64,000 nt of DNA, taken from positions 46,252,001-46,316,000 of the forward strand of contig NC_043012.1 in the NCBI RefSeq assembly GCF_006345805.1, written 5' to 3'. The notes beneath the pieces were generated by a model. It ran no database searches and was not told the origin of the DNA. It saw nothing but the letters and a program-made list of their open reading frames with translations. A program made the translations under genes and the position numbers. Source of the stretch: Octopus sinensis (lineage: Eukaryota). How positions within the stretch are numbered: position 1 is the first letter of the stretch; each line of letters starts with the position of its first letter. This document shows positions 23,870 to 36,095 of this stretch, piece by piece.

Positions 23870-24140
23870 GCAAGACTATGCGCTTTGTAATAGTATATGA
23901 TTATACATGCATGTCAAATAAACTGAGACGTCAGAAAACTGAGTTTCTAGTTAGAGACTTGAAGAGTCTGTGGAACACAAGTGTGAAAGTTGTCCCTGTG
24001 GCAACATGCAACTAACACAATACTGAAATATATTGGACTAGAGACAGGCATTGTCGACGTAGAGAAAAAGTGTCATACTCCATTGTGCAAGAATACTAAG
24101 AGGGAGTCTTGAGATTTCTTTTCTCACCAAACCTCAAAAT
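23870..24140 (+). mobile_element. Older decayed R4/Dong-like REL C-terminal fragment
   Basis: LKSLWNTSVKVVPVA...LKYIGLETGIVDVEKK...GSLEI parallels the end of the 23149 copy. Confidence 0.45.
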
Positions 24141-24391
24141 AACATTCTTAATAAATTTAATTAGCATGTAACAGATTTTGATTAATAGTGATAATATTTA
24201 ATCAAAAACCTATATTTTGAAAAATTATCCCTAGAAAATACACTGATGCAGAGATCATGCTAAAAGGATATGTATAGATGATGATAATTATGCTTCAAAT
24301 TCTACATTTCTATTCTTATATTTATGTTTGCACTATAAATATAGACAAAAAAATTAGGTTCCCGTCTCTGTATATTTGTCCTCTTCTGCAG

Positions 24392-24422
24392 AGAAGCGAG
24401 TTGCAGTCTGTACTCTCGCACT
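24392..24422 (+). other. Candidate 31-nt internal exon
   Basis: Strong acceptor tttgtcctcttctgcAG before 24392 and donor GTGAGT at 24423, in unique sequence; no stop in any frame. Confidence 0.3.
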
Positions 24423-25899
24423 GTGAGTCTAAAGCTACGCTACTCGTATTTAAAAGATTATACAAGCTCCTTTTTCATCGTGTGTTATGTATTTTTTTGT
24501 ATGTTGCGCTACATTATATGAAATCGTCTTTACACTCAAATATATACAATAGTAGTGCACTGATCTACACATACTAGTATTAAAATGAAGAACAATTTTC
24601 ATATACTAATTAACACTTAGCAATATACAACCTACATCGTTGGTAGGATACTATTAATCAGGGTTCCATTCTCGTCATTATAAACTTGTTTCGTAACAAA
24701 CAGATTGTGTCTTGTAAGAACTAATAATTATTAAATATATATTTCCCTCTCTTCATAATTTTGTTTATATTTCTAAAATTCAAGTAGCTATGTATTTGGT
24801 AGGAGATATTCTGTCCTCTCAAAATCGTGCGGATATCAAATACTAGCATTATAAGAATTCCTTTTGTCTATTTTGAGATTCCTGAAATACCGCTAGTGTA
24901 TAATTTGCATATATATTGGTATCGCTCTGCGCAAAATATATAATATATTGAGCAATAAATACACTATGCTATCCCTTCTTAGTCACTTATATATATAGAT
25001 TATACTTTTGTTAGTAAAATATATTACTGGAATCAACTGAAAGCAAACAGAGCTCCTTAATTTCCTGACTTGGTATTCAAAGTTAGGCGAATTTGAATTT
25101 GAATTCTGAAGACACTCTAAGATGAAAGGAAATTGCACTGTATTCCTGCTAACACTTCAGTTAGAAAAACATTACATTTGACAATTTCAAAAAAATATCA
25201 TTTAACTTTTCGTTAGAATTCCTGAGTAAATGTTAAATGTAGAACGTTGCTATTTGCATGTAAAATAACAAGAAACAGCATGCATTTTCTAAGTTAGGTT
25301 CACTAACTTTTTGTGACAATGATACTAGACGTTATAGCTAATGAGTAACACAATATTCTATTACTTCGCAATAGAAACGCCCTTTTTTTCCAGTCATTTT
25401 ATACATCTAATAATGTCATTAGCTCTGGACATCTAAGTTAACAAGTCCAAATAAATAACAATACTATGTATTTCAAAGTTAGACTAACACATCAGATTAA
25501 ACCTTATTTAACAATGAGAAAATTTATTTCCTTTATTTTCTGTAGAATTATTTAATTATGATTTGAAGTTTGAGAAAATATAAAAAAAGGGGTATTTTCT
25601 ATTCACTTTCCTATTTTGAAATTTGTGTGTTTGTCTGTAATGCAGTATCGAAAATAATTTTGTGTTACATAGTAATATAAGTAATATAAACAGCAATATA
25701 ACATTGGCATAAATTTATTTCGAACTTAAAAGAGTACTCTGCTAGTCGCTAATATGATTGCTTTAATCAGTAACATCTTCGATGATTATTGATCAAATCT
25801 TAGCGTCAATAAAGGATGAGAGAACTAACGGAGTCTACTCAATATTCGCATAAAGTATTGTTGATCGGAGTGGAATATTAAAAAGAAAAAAAATTAGTA

Positions 25900-26864
25900 T
25901 TGAGTTATCAGATAAATTTTTTCGGTTATTTCCTATGTTAAGTGAAGCGGTGTTCTTTCTCTACATGTATTCTTTTGCAGTGCCAAGTAGAAAAAATATG
26001 AGCATTTTCAAACATTTACATACTTCGTTCAGTTCTATATGGATAGATTGAATAGTTTCCTTTACAAGGATATGGACCAGTTCATTAAGGGTATTGATCC
26101 AATCGTTGGGATGTTCTTATGGCACCACCCACCGTCTCTTTCACTTGATGGGTAAGTTCCAAAAAAACGGATCATGTGGGTGGGGGACACTCGTTCTGAA
26201 CGAAACCGACGAAGTCGATCGCTCTTTTATTTCACCAGTTTCTTCCCTTGACACCAAACTACAAATGAAGACAAAGAGTGATATCTTTACCGTATAGACA
26301 AAGGCAATGAAATATGTTGCTTTTATGTCAATATGAAGCAGAGGAAAAATGGCTGAGTATTGATAAGCAGGCAACATCTCAAGTCAAATTAGAGCTGCCT
26401 CAAATGAAGACAATGATCTGCGTTTTTTGTGGGATTGGGAAGTTTAATCAACTGCAAGCATACAAAGAAAAGGTTTGCGTTTATCAAATGCTCCGACTCA
26501 GCATATATGCTCCTTGAACGCAACGCTCATCTGCAATTCAAAAATGCGTTCCAAGAAATCGTTTGAAAATTTCTTTTGCATTCACCGTATTCTATAGAAA
26601 GAGCGATTTGAGACTGTTGTCATTTGCGGTCATTCTACAAAAGCCAACGAGGGGTTTCATTCAAAAACAATGTAGACCTGAAATCGCGTTTCGATAAATT
26701 CATTAAATCAAGGCCAGCTGATTTCTGCTAGCAAGACATTGATAAAGGTAGCGAACGAAAGCGCGCGACGTCGTGAATAATGAGGGAGAATACATTAAGT
26801 GATTTATAAAACTTATGGCTCATATAAATGTTAAAAAAGAAAGACTTTATCTGAGAAACCAAAA
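25900..26864 (+). mobile_element. Decayed mariner (DD34D-type) transposon
   Basis: Imperfect TIRs ttgagttatcagataaa / tttatctgagaaaccaa; remnants HRLFHLMGKFQK, GNEICCFYVNMKQRK, KTMICVF, HSPYS, FKNNVDLKSRFDKFIKSRPADF. Confidence 0.75.
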
Positions 26865-27041
26865 TATAACGAAATAGGCCCAGTTATATCTTAAGTCAGT
26901 ACATATTGGAGCTAATCTGACTTTCGAGTTTTCTGGGGATGTCCTCTACAACATTGAAATGGTAGGCATATGTTGATAGTTCACTGGGGCGGTAATTGAT
27001 AACAATTTTAAATGTTTACCAAATTACAATATTTAAAACTA

Positions 27042-27254
27042 TAAGGCGGTTAGCTGGCAGAATCGTCAGCACGCCGGGTAACATGCATAGCACCATTTCG
27101 TCTGTCCTTACGTTCTGAGTTCAAATTCCACCGAGGCCCACTTTATCTTTCATCGTTACGGGGTCAATAAAATAAGTACCAGGTGAGTACTTGGGTCAAT
27201 ATAGCCGAATTACCTTTCCCCTGATCTTGCTGGCCTTGTGAAAAAATTGGAAAT
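27042..27254 (+). mobile_element. SINE family A copy with 15-bp target-site duplication
   Basis: Perfect direct repeat CAATATTTAAAACTA at 27027-27041 and 27255-27269 flanks the SINE body. Confidence 0.88.
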
Positions 27255-28948
27255 CAATATTTAAAACTAATATGTGTATGTATGTGTGTGTGTTATCAGT
27301 CACATATTTTTTTAATGAAAATTGTTATTAAACAGAACATGCAGCTATATTGTACTTTATTTGTAATGATCAGATTTTAAAGAAATAAAAGTCAAAGCTT
27401 AACAATTATGCAAAAAAATATCAACATAACTCAGTAAATCTAGAACGAAAAACAGTTTTGTTCTTCATATAAACAGCATTATTATACATACACTGATTTA
27501 AAATCAAAACTTTAATAATATACGAGAAATGCATTTGGTTTCCTTGTATTAACGAACAGCTGTGAGCATTGCTATTTTTGTGTAGCAGTCGTAATACTAA
27601 AGAAGAATGAAATTAAGCCAAAACCTTAATTGGATTTTTACATGAAAGCATATGTAACTCATAAAAATAACAGGAGGAAGACACAACAATCACAAAGATA
27701 GCAAAAAATAGTTAGTTGCGGATTGTGTGTGTTGTAATTCAAATAACATGTTAGGTGGGTGTAACAAATGGATGTTTTAACTCCTACTTTTAAATGCACC
27801 TGCGAAATGGGAGGAAATATTCTTTTCACTTCATTAATTCACATGATATTAAATTAGATAGAAAATTTATCCAAAACATTATAAAGGTTAAAACATAAGA
27901 CAGAAAATAAAAAGAACACAGCCAGTTATATGCTCAATAAATCACGGAATACTGCAATTAAAATGAATAAAAAATACCATATATATTCTATGCTATTATT
28001 TTCAAACATAAAGCTTGCAAAGTTGCGATGTGACATTCCACATCTGCTCAGATATTCATTTACATCGAACCGAGTTACACTAGCATTTATGCACACGCGC
28101 AGACGCACAGACAACTGCGCAAATGCATATTTAGAGATGTTTATATGTGTGTGTGCGAGTGGGTTTGTGGCTGTGTGTGTATATATGCGTGCGTAGCGTA
28201 TGTATATGAGTGTCTGTGTGCATCAATTAATTCCATATTGAAGGCTCACCTGCATTTAATATATTTCGTACACCGATATTTGATTATGCTATTTCATATT
28301 TGAATGGATAACGTTATTTACTTTTGTTGTTCTTTTTCATTTGCGTCTCCTCTCTCTTTCTATTTTACTCTCTCTCTCTCTCTCTACGTCTGTTTTTCTC
28401 TTTCTTTCACTCCCTCTGTCTGTGTGTGTATATATATATATATATATTTATGTGTGTGTGTGCATGCATCTATATACACACACGCGCGCGTGCACTCACG
28501 CATACACAAATACGCATACATAATATACATTTGCACTATTGTTTTGAGGAGGTCGTTTTGCATCCACAAGGTCCTGAGCGTAATACAGCTATGTTCCATT
28601 GTAGACAAGTGAGTGCCATTTTCTATAGCCTTGTGTGAACTCTTCTTATATGAGTGCAATTAAATGGAGCACAACCTTGTAAAAGGATTGTTCCTGCAGT
28701 ACAAAGGCCTAGCTTAATACTCCGTGTCACAGTGATTCCCTGTGAGAATACATAATTATATTAACGGTCCACATCACTTATAGGCTGTTTCAAAGAGACT
28801 TCATATTCTGATGATCGAAGGATTGGAACCCGGTAGACAAAATCTGACCGAGATCTAAAGTGTAATAATATTAAAACACACAAACACACACGCACATACA
28901 CACACTAACACACACATACACACACTCCAACATGCCCATAAATACATA

Positions 28949-29203
28949 TTGGGTTGGTGTATAATTATTGCGGCTTTTTTTTTTTACCGAATTTTATTCA
29001 ACAAAAACAATAACAACATGTAACAAAACACAGTTTAAAAGATTATTCCGGAGCGTATTCATCATTACCTTCGCTAACTGCTTCCCATTTGCTTGGCAGA
29101 CGGTCAGACCGTCATTTAAAGATATTTTTTATTAAATATTGTTATTGTTTTTGTTGAATAAAATTTACTGAAAAAAAGCCGCAATAATTATGCACCAACC
29201 CAA
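28949..29203 (-). mobile_element. Mariner-derived MITE (255 bp)
   Basis: About 70-bp TIRs starting TTGGGTTGGTGYATAATTATTGCGGC, TA flanks; core encodes RLPSKWEAVSEGNDEYAPE* (transposase C-terminus) on the minus strand. Confidence 0.9.
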
Positions 29204-29320
29204 TATATACGTAGATTTAGATGAAAATACACACACACACACTTACATGCATACACACCACACACACATATATATATACAATATATATATATGTATGTGT
29301 GTGTATATATATATATATAG

Positions 29321-29363
<43 letters not shown>

Positions 29364-29413
29364 GAATAAATGAAAGAATGGAGTCGAACGAAGATGTTAA
29401 CAAAATTCCTTTA

Positions 29414-29495
29414 CTCTCGACACATGTTTCGAAGACAGCATATTTTCGTTCCAAAGGAATAAAGGGTGCATTATGCAATCTTCTCATCAGGAAAG
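29414..29495 (-). ncRNA. Type I hammerhead ribozyme motif, full canonical core
   Basis: Minus strand: CTTTC-CTGATGA-GAAGA(TT GCATA...TATGC TG)TCTTC-GAA-ACATGT-GTC-GAGAG; stems I, II and minimal stem III all pair; GUC cleavage triplet. Confidence 0.75.
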
Positions 29496-30168
29496 AAAGG
29501 GACCCTCTCTCGACAACAAGACAAACAAAAATTTTGATGATTGCCTACATGGTAAACAAAGCGATAATGAGTGTTGTTTTTTTAAAAATCCGTTAGAAGA
29601 AACGACGTCAAAAATGGATAGTAGGAGGAAGTAATAATAGTTAGGGAACAGTATGTTTGTTGTATGTATGGAAATGTGTGGGTGTGTGCTTGTGTTAATG
29701 AGTGCGAGTGTTTGTGTGTGTGTATTTGTGTGTGTATAACTGCATTTGTGTCTGTGTGTATGATTGTGTGAGTGAGAGAGAGACAGACGTCAAAGATAGA
29801 TATTAGGAAGGGAAGGTATAAGGAATAATAGGTAGGGAACAAGTGGAGAGGAAAGTGTACGTTGATTGAAAGAATGTTCGAAGGCTTAGGAAAGAATTTC
29901 TCTATAGCAGTGGGGTGGACGTGAAGCTAATTGTTCAAACCACAGTGACTATCGTTGTCATTTATATGAGTAGAAAGTGTGTTTCTGCCAGTGTTTACAT
30001 TTGTACGTTTTTTCTATGAGTGTGTTTACTAGGGGAACCTTAGCGAAAAGAATATGGAAGTGTTCAGAGTTACAAATGTTACAAAATCTCCTGCCCTTAT
30101 CAAAAGGAAAGGATACAGACAATATGAACCAACCTAACTTGAAAATTACTTAGCCCTGTACTATGTCG

Positions 30169-31800
30169 TTATTTCCTATCCCTGAATGTTGAATAGTGGT
30201 TTGAAATTATCTTGGATAACTGGGAAGTGGAGGCTCCTATATAGAAGAAAACATCGGTACCGGAAGTAATTCTACACTGGTAAATGGAATTCTTAATCTT
30301 AGAATTACTAGACAAAAATTTAATTCTGTTGGGGTTGTCCTCCGAGATTGAGACGAAGTTTTTATTGTTATGATTGTTGTTACTATTATTATTAGCGCTA
30401 ACACCTACACTATTTCTATTATTATTAGTATTATTAATGGTATTACAACCGACAATAATACCGTTATTGTTGTTACCATTGTTATTAACACGACTAATAC
30501 TATTATTAATAATATCATTGTTAACAATTTCGCTGCTACTAATGCTGCTACTATTAATACTATTCCTATTATTATGATTGTATGATGGGTTGGAATTAGC
30601 AAGATTAGTGTTAGAACTCCCGGGTGAAGAATCTTTGTCTAGCAGCTTGGTATTGTGGGAAGATATAATTTGTGAAAGATTCCTAGTGTTAGAGAAAGCT
30701 ATTCTGACCTTGTGTGAATTGATAATAGAATGATATCTAGAATTTCTGGGAAAGTTCCTAGCAACGGCTTCACGGAACTGTAAGGGAAGGTTCGATTTAA
30801 TTTGTTTTCGGAAAGGTATTACAAACCAGATATAGTTTTTTGTGGCCTTTGAAATATTCTTAGTGTTGTTTGTGATAGTAAGGGGGAAATTTCTGGGTTG
30901 GAAATTTGGGGTTGCATGGCGCTTACCTCCCCTAGTCCGTAAATAATTTATTTTATGTACAGGGTTGCTGGCACTATTAGAATTGAAATCATTATTCCTA
31001 TTTCGAGTAACTTTACTATCTGGAGAAGCAGATGTTGGTTTAGAATGAGCTGGGTCGATGTATGACACTTTCTCTTTATAACCGGCTCTTGACAAGGCGG
31101 CGTTATAGAAGTCTGGCTTTTGGTTAAATATGTCGACATTAGCAGATAATTTAGACAGTGTCAGAACTATGTTATTAACTAAATTATCGGTAATTGGCTT
31201 GGCATGATTACTGAAAATGCTGATATACTTAAGATTAGTGGAAGGTTTATGATAAGAGAAGTATGAGTTATTCTGCAGATTGAATGTAATGTCCAAGAAG
31301 TTGGCATTAGTTAATTCATCGTCAAAAACTATGCGCAAGCCCATTCTACTAAAAAACCTAACTAATCTGTTCTTAACCTTCTGTATTTTTTGGTTCGAAA
31401 CGTCTTGGAGGTAAAGCAGACAATCGTCGCGATACAGACCTCCACAGATGTCCGGGAATTGGTCGGCCATTTCATAAAGAATATAAATTCCGACCAAATC
31501 TGCTATCTGGGCGCTGTCTGTACTTCCCATTAGTACATCAAACGCATTAGAGGTATCTCTACGGACTCACAACTTGCTTTCGAACTGGATGAAAGATTTC
31601 CTAGCAGTCAATATCACACTAATTTCCTACCTGGAGAGGCCTGCCTTATTGTGTGCGTGCCATAGGGCCTTATTAAGTATAATAGGGTTGATTGAAGGAT
31701 AGAAACTAGATATATCGAATTGGATAAATTTAGTGTTGGCCTTATCAGTAATAGAAGAAAACCAATCTACGACTTGAACAGAATTGGACCATAAGCTAAG
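30169..31800 (-). CDS. PLE reverse transcriptase + GIY-YIG ORF, interrupted (453-aa open segment 31530-30169)
   Basis: FIQFDISSFYPSI upstream (two stops intervene), FDVLMGSTDSAQIADLVG, GLYRDD, NFLDITFNL, IWFVIPF, IYQCRI..FYIGAST. Confidence 0.82.
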
Positions 31801-32123
31801 TTTTGATTTATTAATTTATTAATTAATTAATTAACATGTGTCGAGAGTAAAGGAATTTTGTTAACATCTTCGTTCGACTCCATTCTTTCATTTATTCATA
31901 TACAACTCACAAATTTCTAACATGAACCGGAGTTTCTACCCTGGACAGGTCGCTTCAACCGTGGTTTCTGACGTGAATTGCTACCCAGGTTTCGGTTTAA
32001 ACAAATTTCCATGCTGACAATAAACATAGGATAATTCATTCACATATATTTATATATTATATATATATATATGTATATATAGATATATATATATATTATC
32101 TATATATATATATATATATTATA

Positions 32124-32164
<41 letters not shown>

Positions 32165-32264
32165 TATATAAGTAACAATAAAGGGTGAAATTAATAATTT
32201 GGAATAATTATCAATTACACCAAGTAGATTTCGGCATGTAAAAGCCTCATTCGAGGAAAATTTA

Positions 32265-32501
32265 AGTAATACTAAGCAATTAAGGGTTTAGCAACGAATT
32301 GCCTCACCAACACACCGAATTTAGAAGTAGCAGTCAAAGAGATATAGCTATTCTTCTACTAAAAGGGAGATCTCAGTAAAAACACAGCACTTGAGATCTC
32401 CCTTTTAGTAGAAGGAATAGCTATATCTCTTTGACTGCTATTTCTAATTCGGTGTGTTGGTGAGGCAATTCGTTGCTAAACTCTTAATTGCTTAGTATTA
32501 C

Positions 32502-32502
<1 letters not shown>
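32265..32502. repeat. Long hairpin (about 111-bp arms, about 16-nt loop)
   Basis: agtaatactaagcaattaag...aaaagggagatctca / tgagatctccctttt...cttaattgcttagtattact; about 4 differences. Confidence 0.93.
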
Positions 32503-32534
<32 letters not shown>

Positions 32535-32589
32535 TATATTACATATATTACACAAACTCACGCATAAACTCTCACACGTATACATGATT

Positions 32590-33483
32590 TACTTTTTAAA
32601 TGATGAGCTGGAAAATGTAGTGCAAGCGAACACATCGCAAACTACGCGGCATAAGTTCAAGGTTTGATGTTTCGATTCCAAATATGTTGGACTGACTGAA
32701 ACAAATGAGCAAGGTAAAAAGTGCTTGAAAGGTGGATGCCACACGAACTGAACGAGCATCAAATGATACGTCGTCTTGAAACTTACTGTTCTTTGTTTTC
32801 CCAGCATAAAAAGGAACACTTTTTACATCGTTTTGTTACATGTGATGAAAAATGGATTCATTTCAACAATAGGAAGCGTTCAACAATAGGAAGAGAGAAG
32901 TAGTAGTACTTAAACACAATCCGAAGTAGAATATTCACCAAAAAATGCTAATGCTGTCTGTTTGGTGGGTCACCACTGTTGTCATCAACTACGGCTTCTT
33001 GAGATCTGGTAAGTTCACTACAGCGGATGTAAACATCAACCATTTCGGTGAAATGATGAGGGAATTTGCAATTAAACGAACCGAGATTGGTCAACAGAGA
33101 GAGGCCAAATTACTTGCAAGACAATGCTCGACCACATGTTGCAGAAAGAACGCTACTCAAATTACAGGAACTGAAGTGGTAAAAAAACTATCATCCCCTA
33201 TACTGACCAAACCTTGCACTAACTGACTATTACCTTTTCCAGGCATTAGAAAACATTTCGTTGGGGAATAAAACTGCAAATCTGAAGAAGATGCAAAAAA
33301 AGCCTTTCGTCAATTTATCACCTCTTGGTCTCCAGTATTCTTCGGAGCTGGCATAAATAAGCTACCGATGAAATGGCAAAATAATTTTGGTGCATACTTT
33401 GATTTACTGCATTGCCTTTTGTTGAGATAAAGTAAAATAAGCTTTCAGCTCAAAATTGGACATTTCATTCTTAATGACCTGAT
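32590..33483 (+). mobile_element. Decayed mariner (DD34D) transposon, 5' truncated
   Basis: WMPHELNEHQ, HRFVTCDEKWIHFNNRKRS, MLMLSVWW, remnants of DNARPH and YSPDLAP (ccttgcactaactgactattacctt), KLPMKWQ; 3' TIR ...ttaatgacctgata-TA. Confidence 0.85.
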
Positions 33484-33554
33484 ATAAGTGTTAAGATGAG
33501 ATGGCAGTATTATTATTATTTTTGCGTAATTTAGACCATATATTAATCCTACAC

Positions 33555-33642
<88 letters not shown>

Positions 33643-35072
33643 ATATATATATGTATATATATACAGGATGAGGTGAATATATATTCATAATATATATATA
33701 CATAAATGTGTCTATATATCTGAAGAAACATATGTGCATATATGTATATGTGCAAAATATAGAGACACATATACATATATATGTGTGTGCGATTGTGTGT
33801 GTAAGTGTGTGATTGTGTGTGGGTGTGTGAGTGCGTGCATAAAGATTATTATTTTCAGTAGGTAGTGGGAATACGCTGAGAAAATATTCAGTAAATTTAC
33901 AGCATGTATTACCACCATAAATATACTATGGATAGGCATGACATCCATGGTGATAAACAATTAGGCTTTGCCCAGTCACGCGATGTTACACAATTACGAA
34001 ACAACCACTTCTGCCCCATCCTCTATCACTACCACAGTGGATCTAAAATTACTGCTTCAAATTTTATCTTTATTTGTAAAAATGATTCTATTTTGCATGT
34101 TTCTATTACTAAACTGTGTACATGTTTGTGTTACAAATTTGAAGACTTTTAATCGAATAAATAAATAAACTTTCCTCATTATGTTTTTCATTATTATGTT
34201 TTTCCTCATTATGTTTTTCATATCCCTGACAGAATCTTGGAACTGGACAGAATCTTGGAACTGAAACCGAGGCTCTATCAGAAAATAAACTTTTTGACAA
34301 TGACGTATGCTGCATTTAAAACTGTTTTGTGGATATTGCTGGCGAAATTTCCCCGAATAGAATATAACACTAGCACAATTTCTTCAATTGTATAATTTTA
34401 AGTTATGTTCGTGTGGCAATACTTCACAGTTGCAACATGTCTGTGAGAGACGTTACATTTTGGTAATGGTAACGTTATTAATGAGATCAGTTATAACATT
34501 ATAAATATCAATGTCAATTATAAACATGTTAATTAGCAGCAATACAATTTGAAACAATTAATACGAGTAAATATATTATCAACAATGACTAATTGAAAAT
34601 AATTTATAAAGAATTAAAAATTAAATTTTGCTGAATCCACAAAAACATTTTCTTTTAGAAATAATTAGATTAAAGAAAATACTTAAATTATTTCTAGAAT
34701 GTTATCTATAGACACGAACTAATCAATAAATTCGAGTGAACTTGTTAACATACACAGAAAAATCCTCTCCGAAAATAAACAATTGCAAAGCTAGCCATGA
34801 ATTACGAAAGAGTTTTGATGTGAAGAGTAGTTGAAGTGTGTTAGCGGATATATAAATATATATATATGTGTGTGTGTGTATGTGTATATGTGTGTGTGTG
34901 TGTGTGTATGTGTATATGTGTGTGTGTGTGTGTGTCCGTGTATATATATATATGTATGTATATATATATATATATTATATATATATATATATATATATTC
35001 ATATATGTACATATATACATATACATACACATATATATATAGATAGATATACATACACTATATATATATTAT

Positions 35073-35110
<38 letters not shown>

Positions 35111-35483
35111 ATACATACATATATATAGATAGATATACATACACTATATATTTATAGATATATATGCATGCATACGCACATATATTTATATACACGCATA
35201 TATACAATTTACAATTCATATTCCAGATACAAGTCTTAGCTGCATTTCTATATTTACCGCTTTTATATCATTATTCAAAAAGCTTCAGCTTCATTTGTTT
35301 GTTATTTTCTTTTGGTTTTTCTGTATTATTTATTGGTGATATGGTTAAATTTGTAATATTTCAGTATTTAAAAAGTTTAACGAGGATCCGGTGTTTTAAA
35401 GTTTATAGTTTGTATTACGAATATGTATAGGGGTTTCATAATATATAATAGATAATTTTTTAGTTAATAATGTATATCACGCG

Positions 35484-35531
<48 letters not shown>

Positions 35532-35579
35532 ATATACATATGCTTGTGTGTGTGTGTGTGCGTGTGTCTCCGTCAACAT

Positions 35580-35612
<33 letters not shown>

Positions 35613-35660
35613 TATATAATATATATATATATATATGTGTATGTGTGTGTGTGTGTGTCC

Positions 35661-35699
<39 letters not shown>

Positions 35700-35701
<2 letters not shown>

Positions 35702-35985
35702 CGCAGGAGTGGCTGTGTCGTAAGTAGCTTGCTTACCAACCAGATGGTTCCAGGTTCAATACCACTGTCTGGCACCCTAGGCACGTGTTTTTCTGCAGCC
35801 TAGGGCCGACCAAAGCCTTGTAACTTGGTTTGGTAGATGGAAACTGAAAGAAGCCCGTCGTATGTATATGTATGTGTGTGTGAGTTTTGTCCCCTACCAT
35901 CGCTTGACGACCGATGTTGATGTGTTTACGTCCCCTTAACTTAGCAGTTCGTCTAAAATATCGATAGAATAAGTACTAGGCATAT
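35700..35985 (+). mobile_element. SINE family B copy
   Basis: ggcgcaggagtggctgtgtcgtaagtagcttgcttaccaacc...gaaactgaaagaagcccgtcg...cgatagaataagtactagg. Confidence 0.85.
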
Positions 35986-36049
35986 ACCGATAGACATCAT
36001 AGAAGAACAGAATGGAATAAGCGGAGCAAGAGCACATGCAAAAATGTAA

Positions 36050-36095
36050 AGTTTCGCTGAAGAAGTCACAGATGTCTGACGAAATATTTCCTGAC
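36050..36095 (+). ncRNA. Hammerhead-like motif, homolog of 17791-17835
   Basis: CTGAAGA-A-GTCA(CAGATGTC)TGAC-GAA-ATAT-T inside a 130-bp repeat homologous to 17760-17875; stem I not evident. Confidence 0.35.

Larger units (their letters stand above)
29362..31990 (-). mobile_element. Penelope-like retroelement with inverted terminal copies
   Basis: RT+GIY-YIG ORF on minus; 29362-29428 is the reverse complement of 31833-31903; hammerhead motif 3' of the ORF. Confidence 0.85.

Noticed and set aside
25981-26152. Apparent exon with strong acceptor (ttcttttgcAG) and donor (GG/GTAAGT) and open frame MDRLNSFLYKDMDQFIKG...
   Set aside because: It lies inside the decayed mariner 25900-26864; another frame gives the transposase remnant HRLFHLMGKFQK, so the splice-like sites are probably incidental (exonisation not excluded).
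28540-28620. Exon-like EVVLHPQGPERNTAMFHCRQ before GTGAGT
   Set aside because: Acceptor is non-consensus (GAG) and the donor region resembles a decayed family B SINE (caagtg...ctatagcc).
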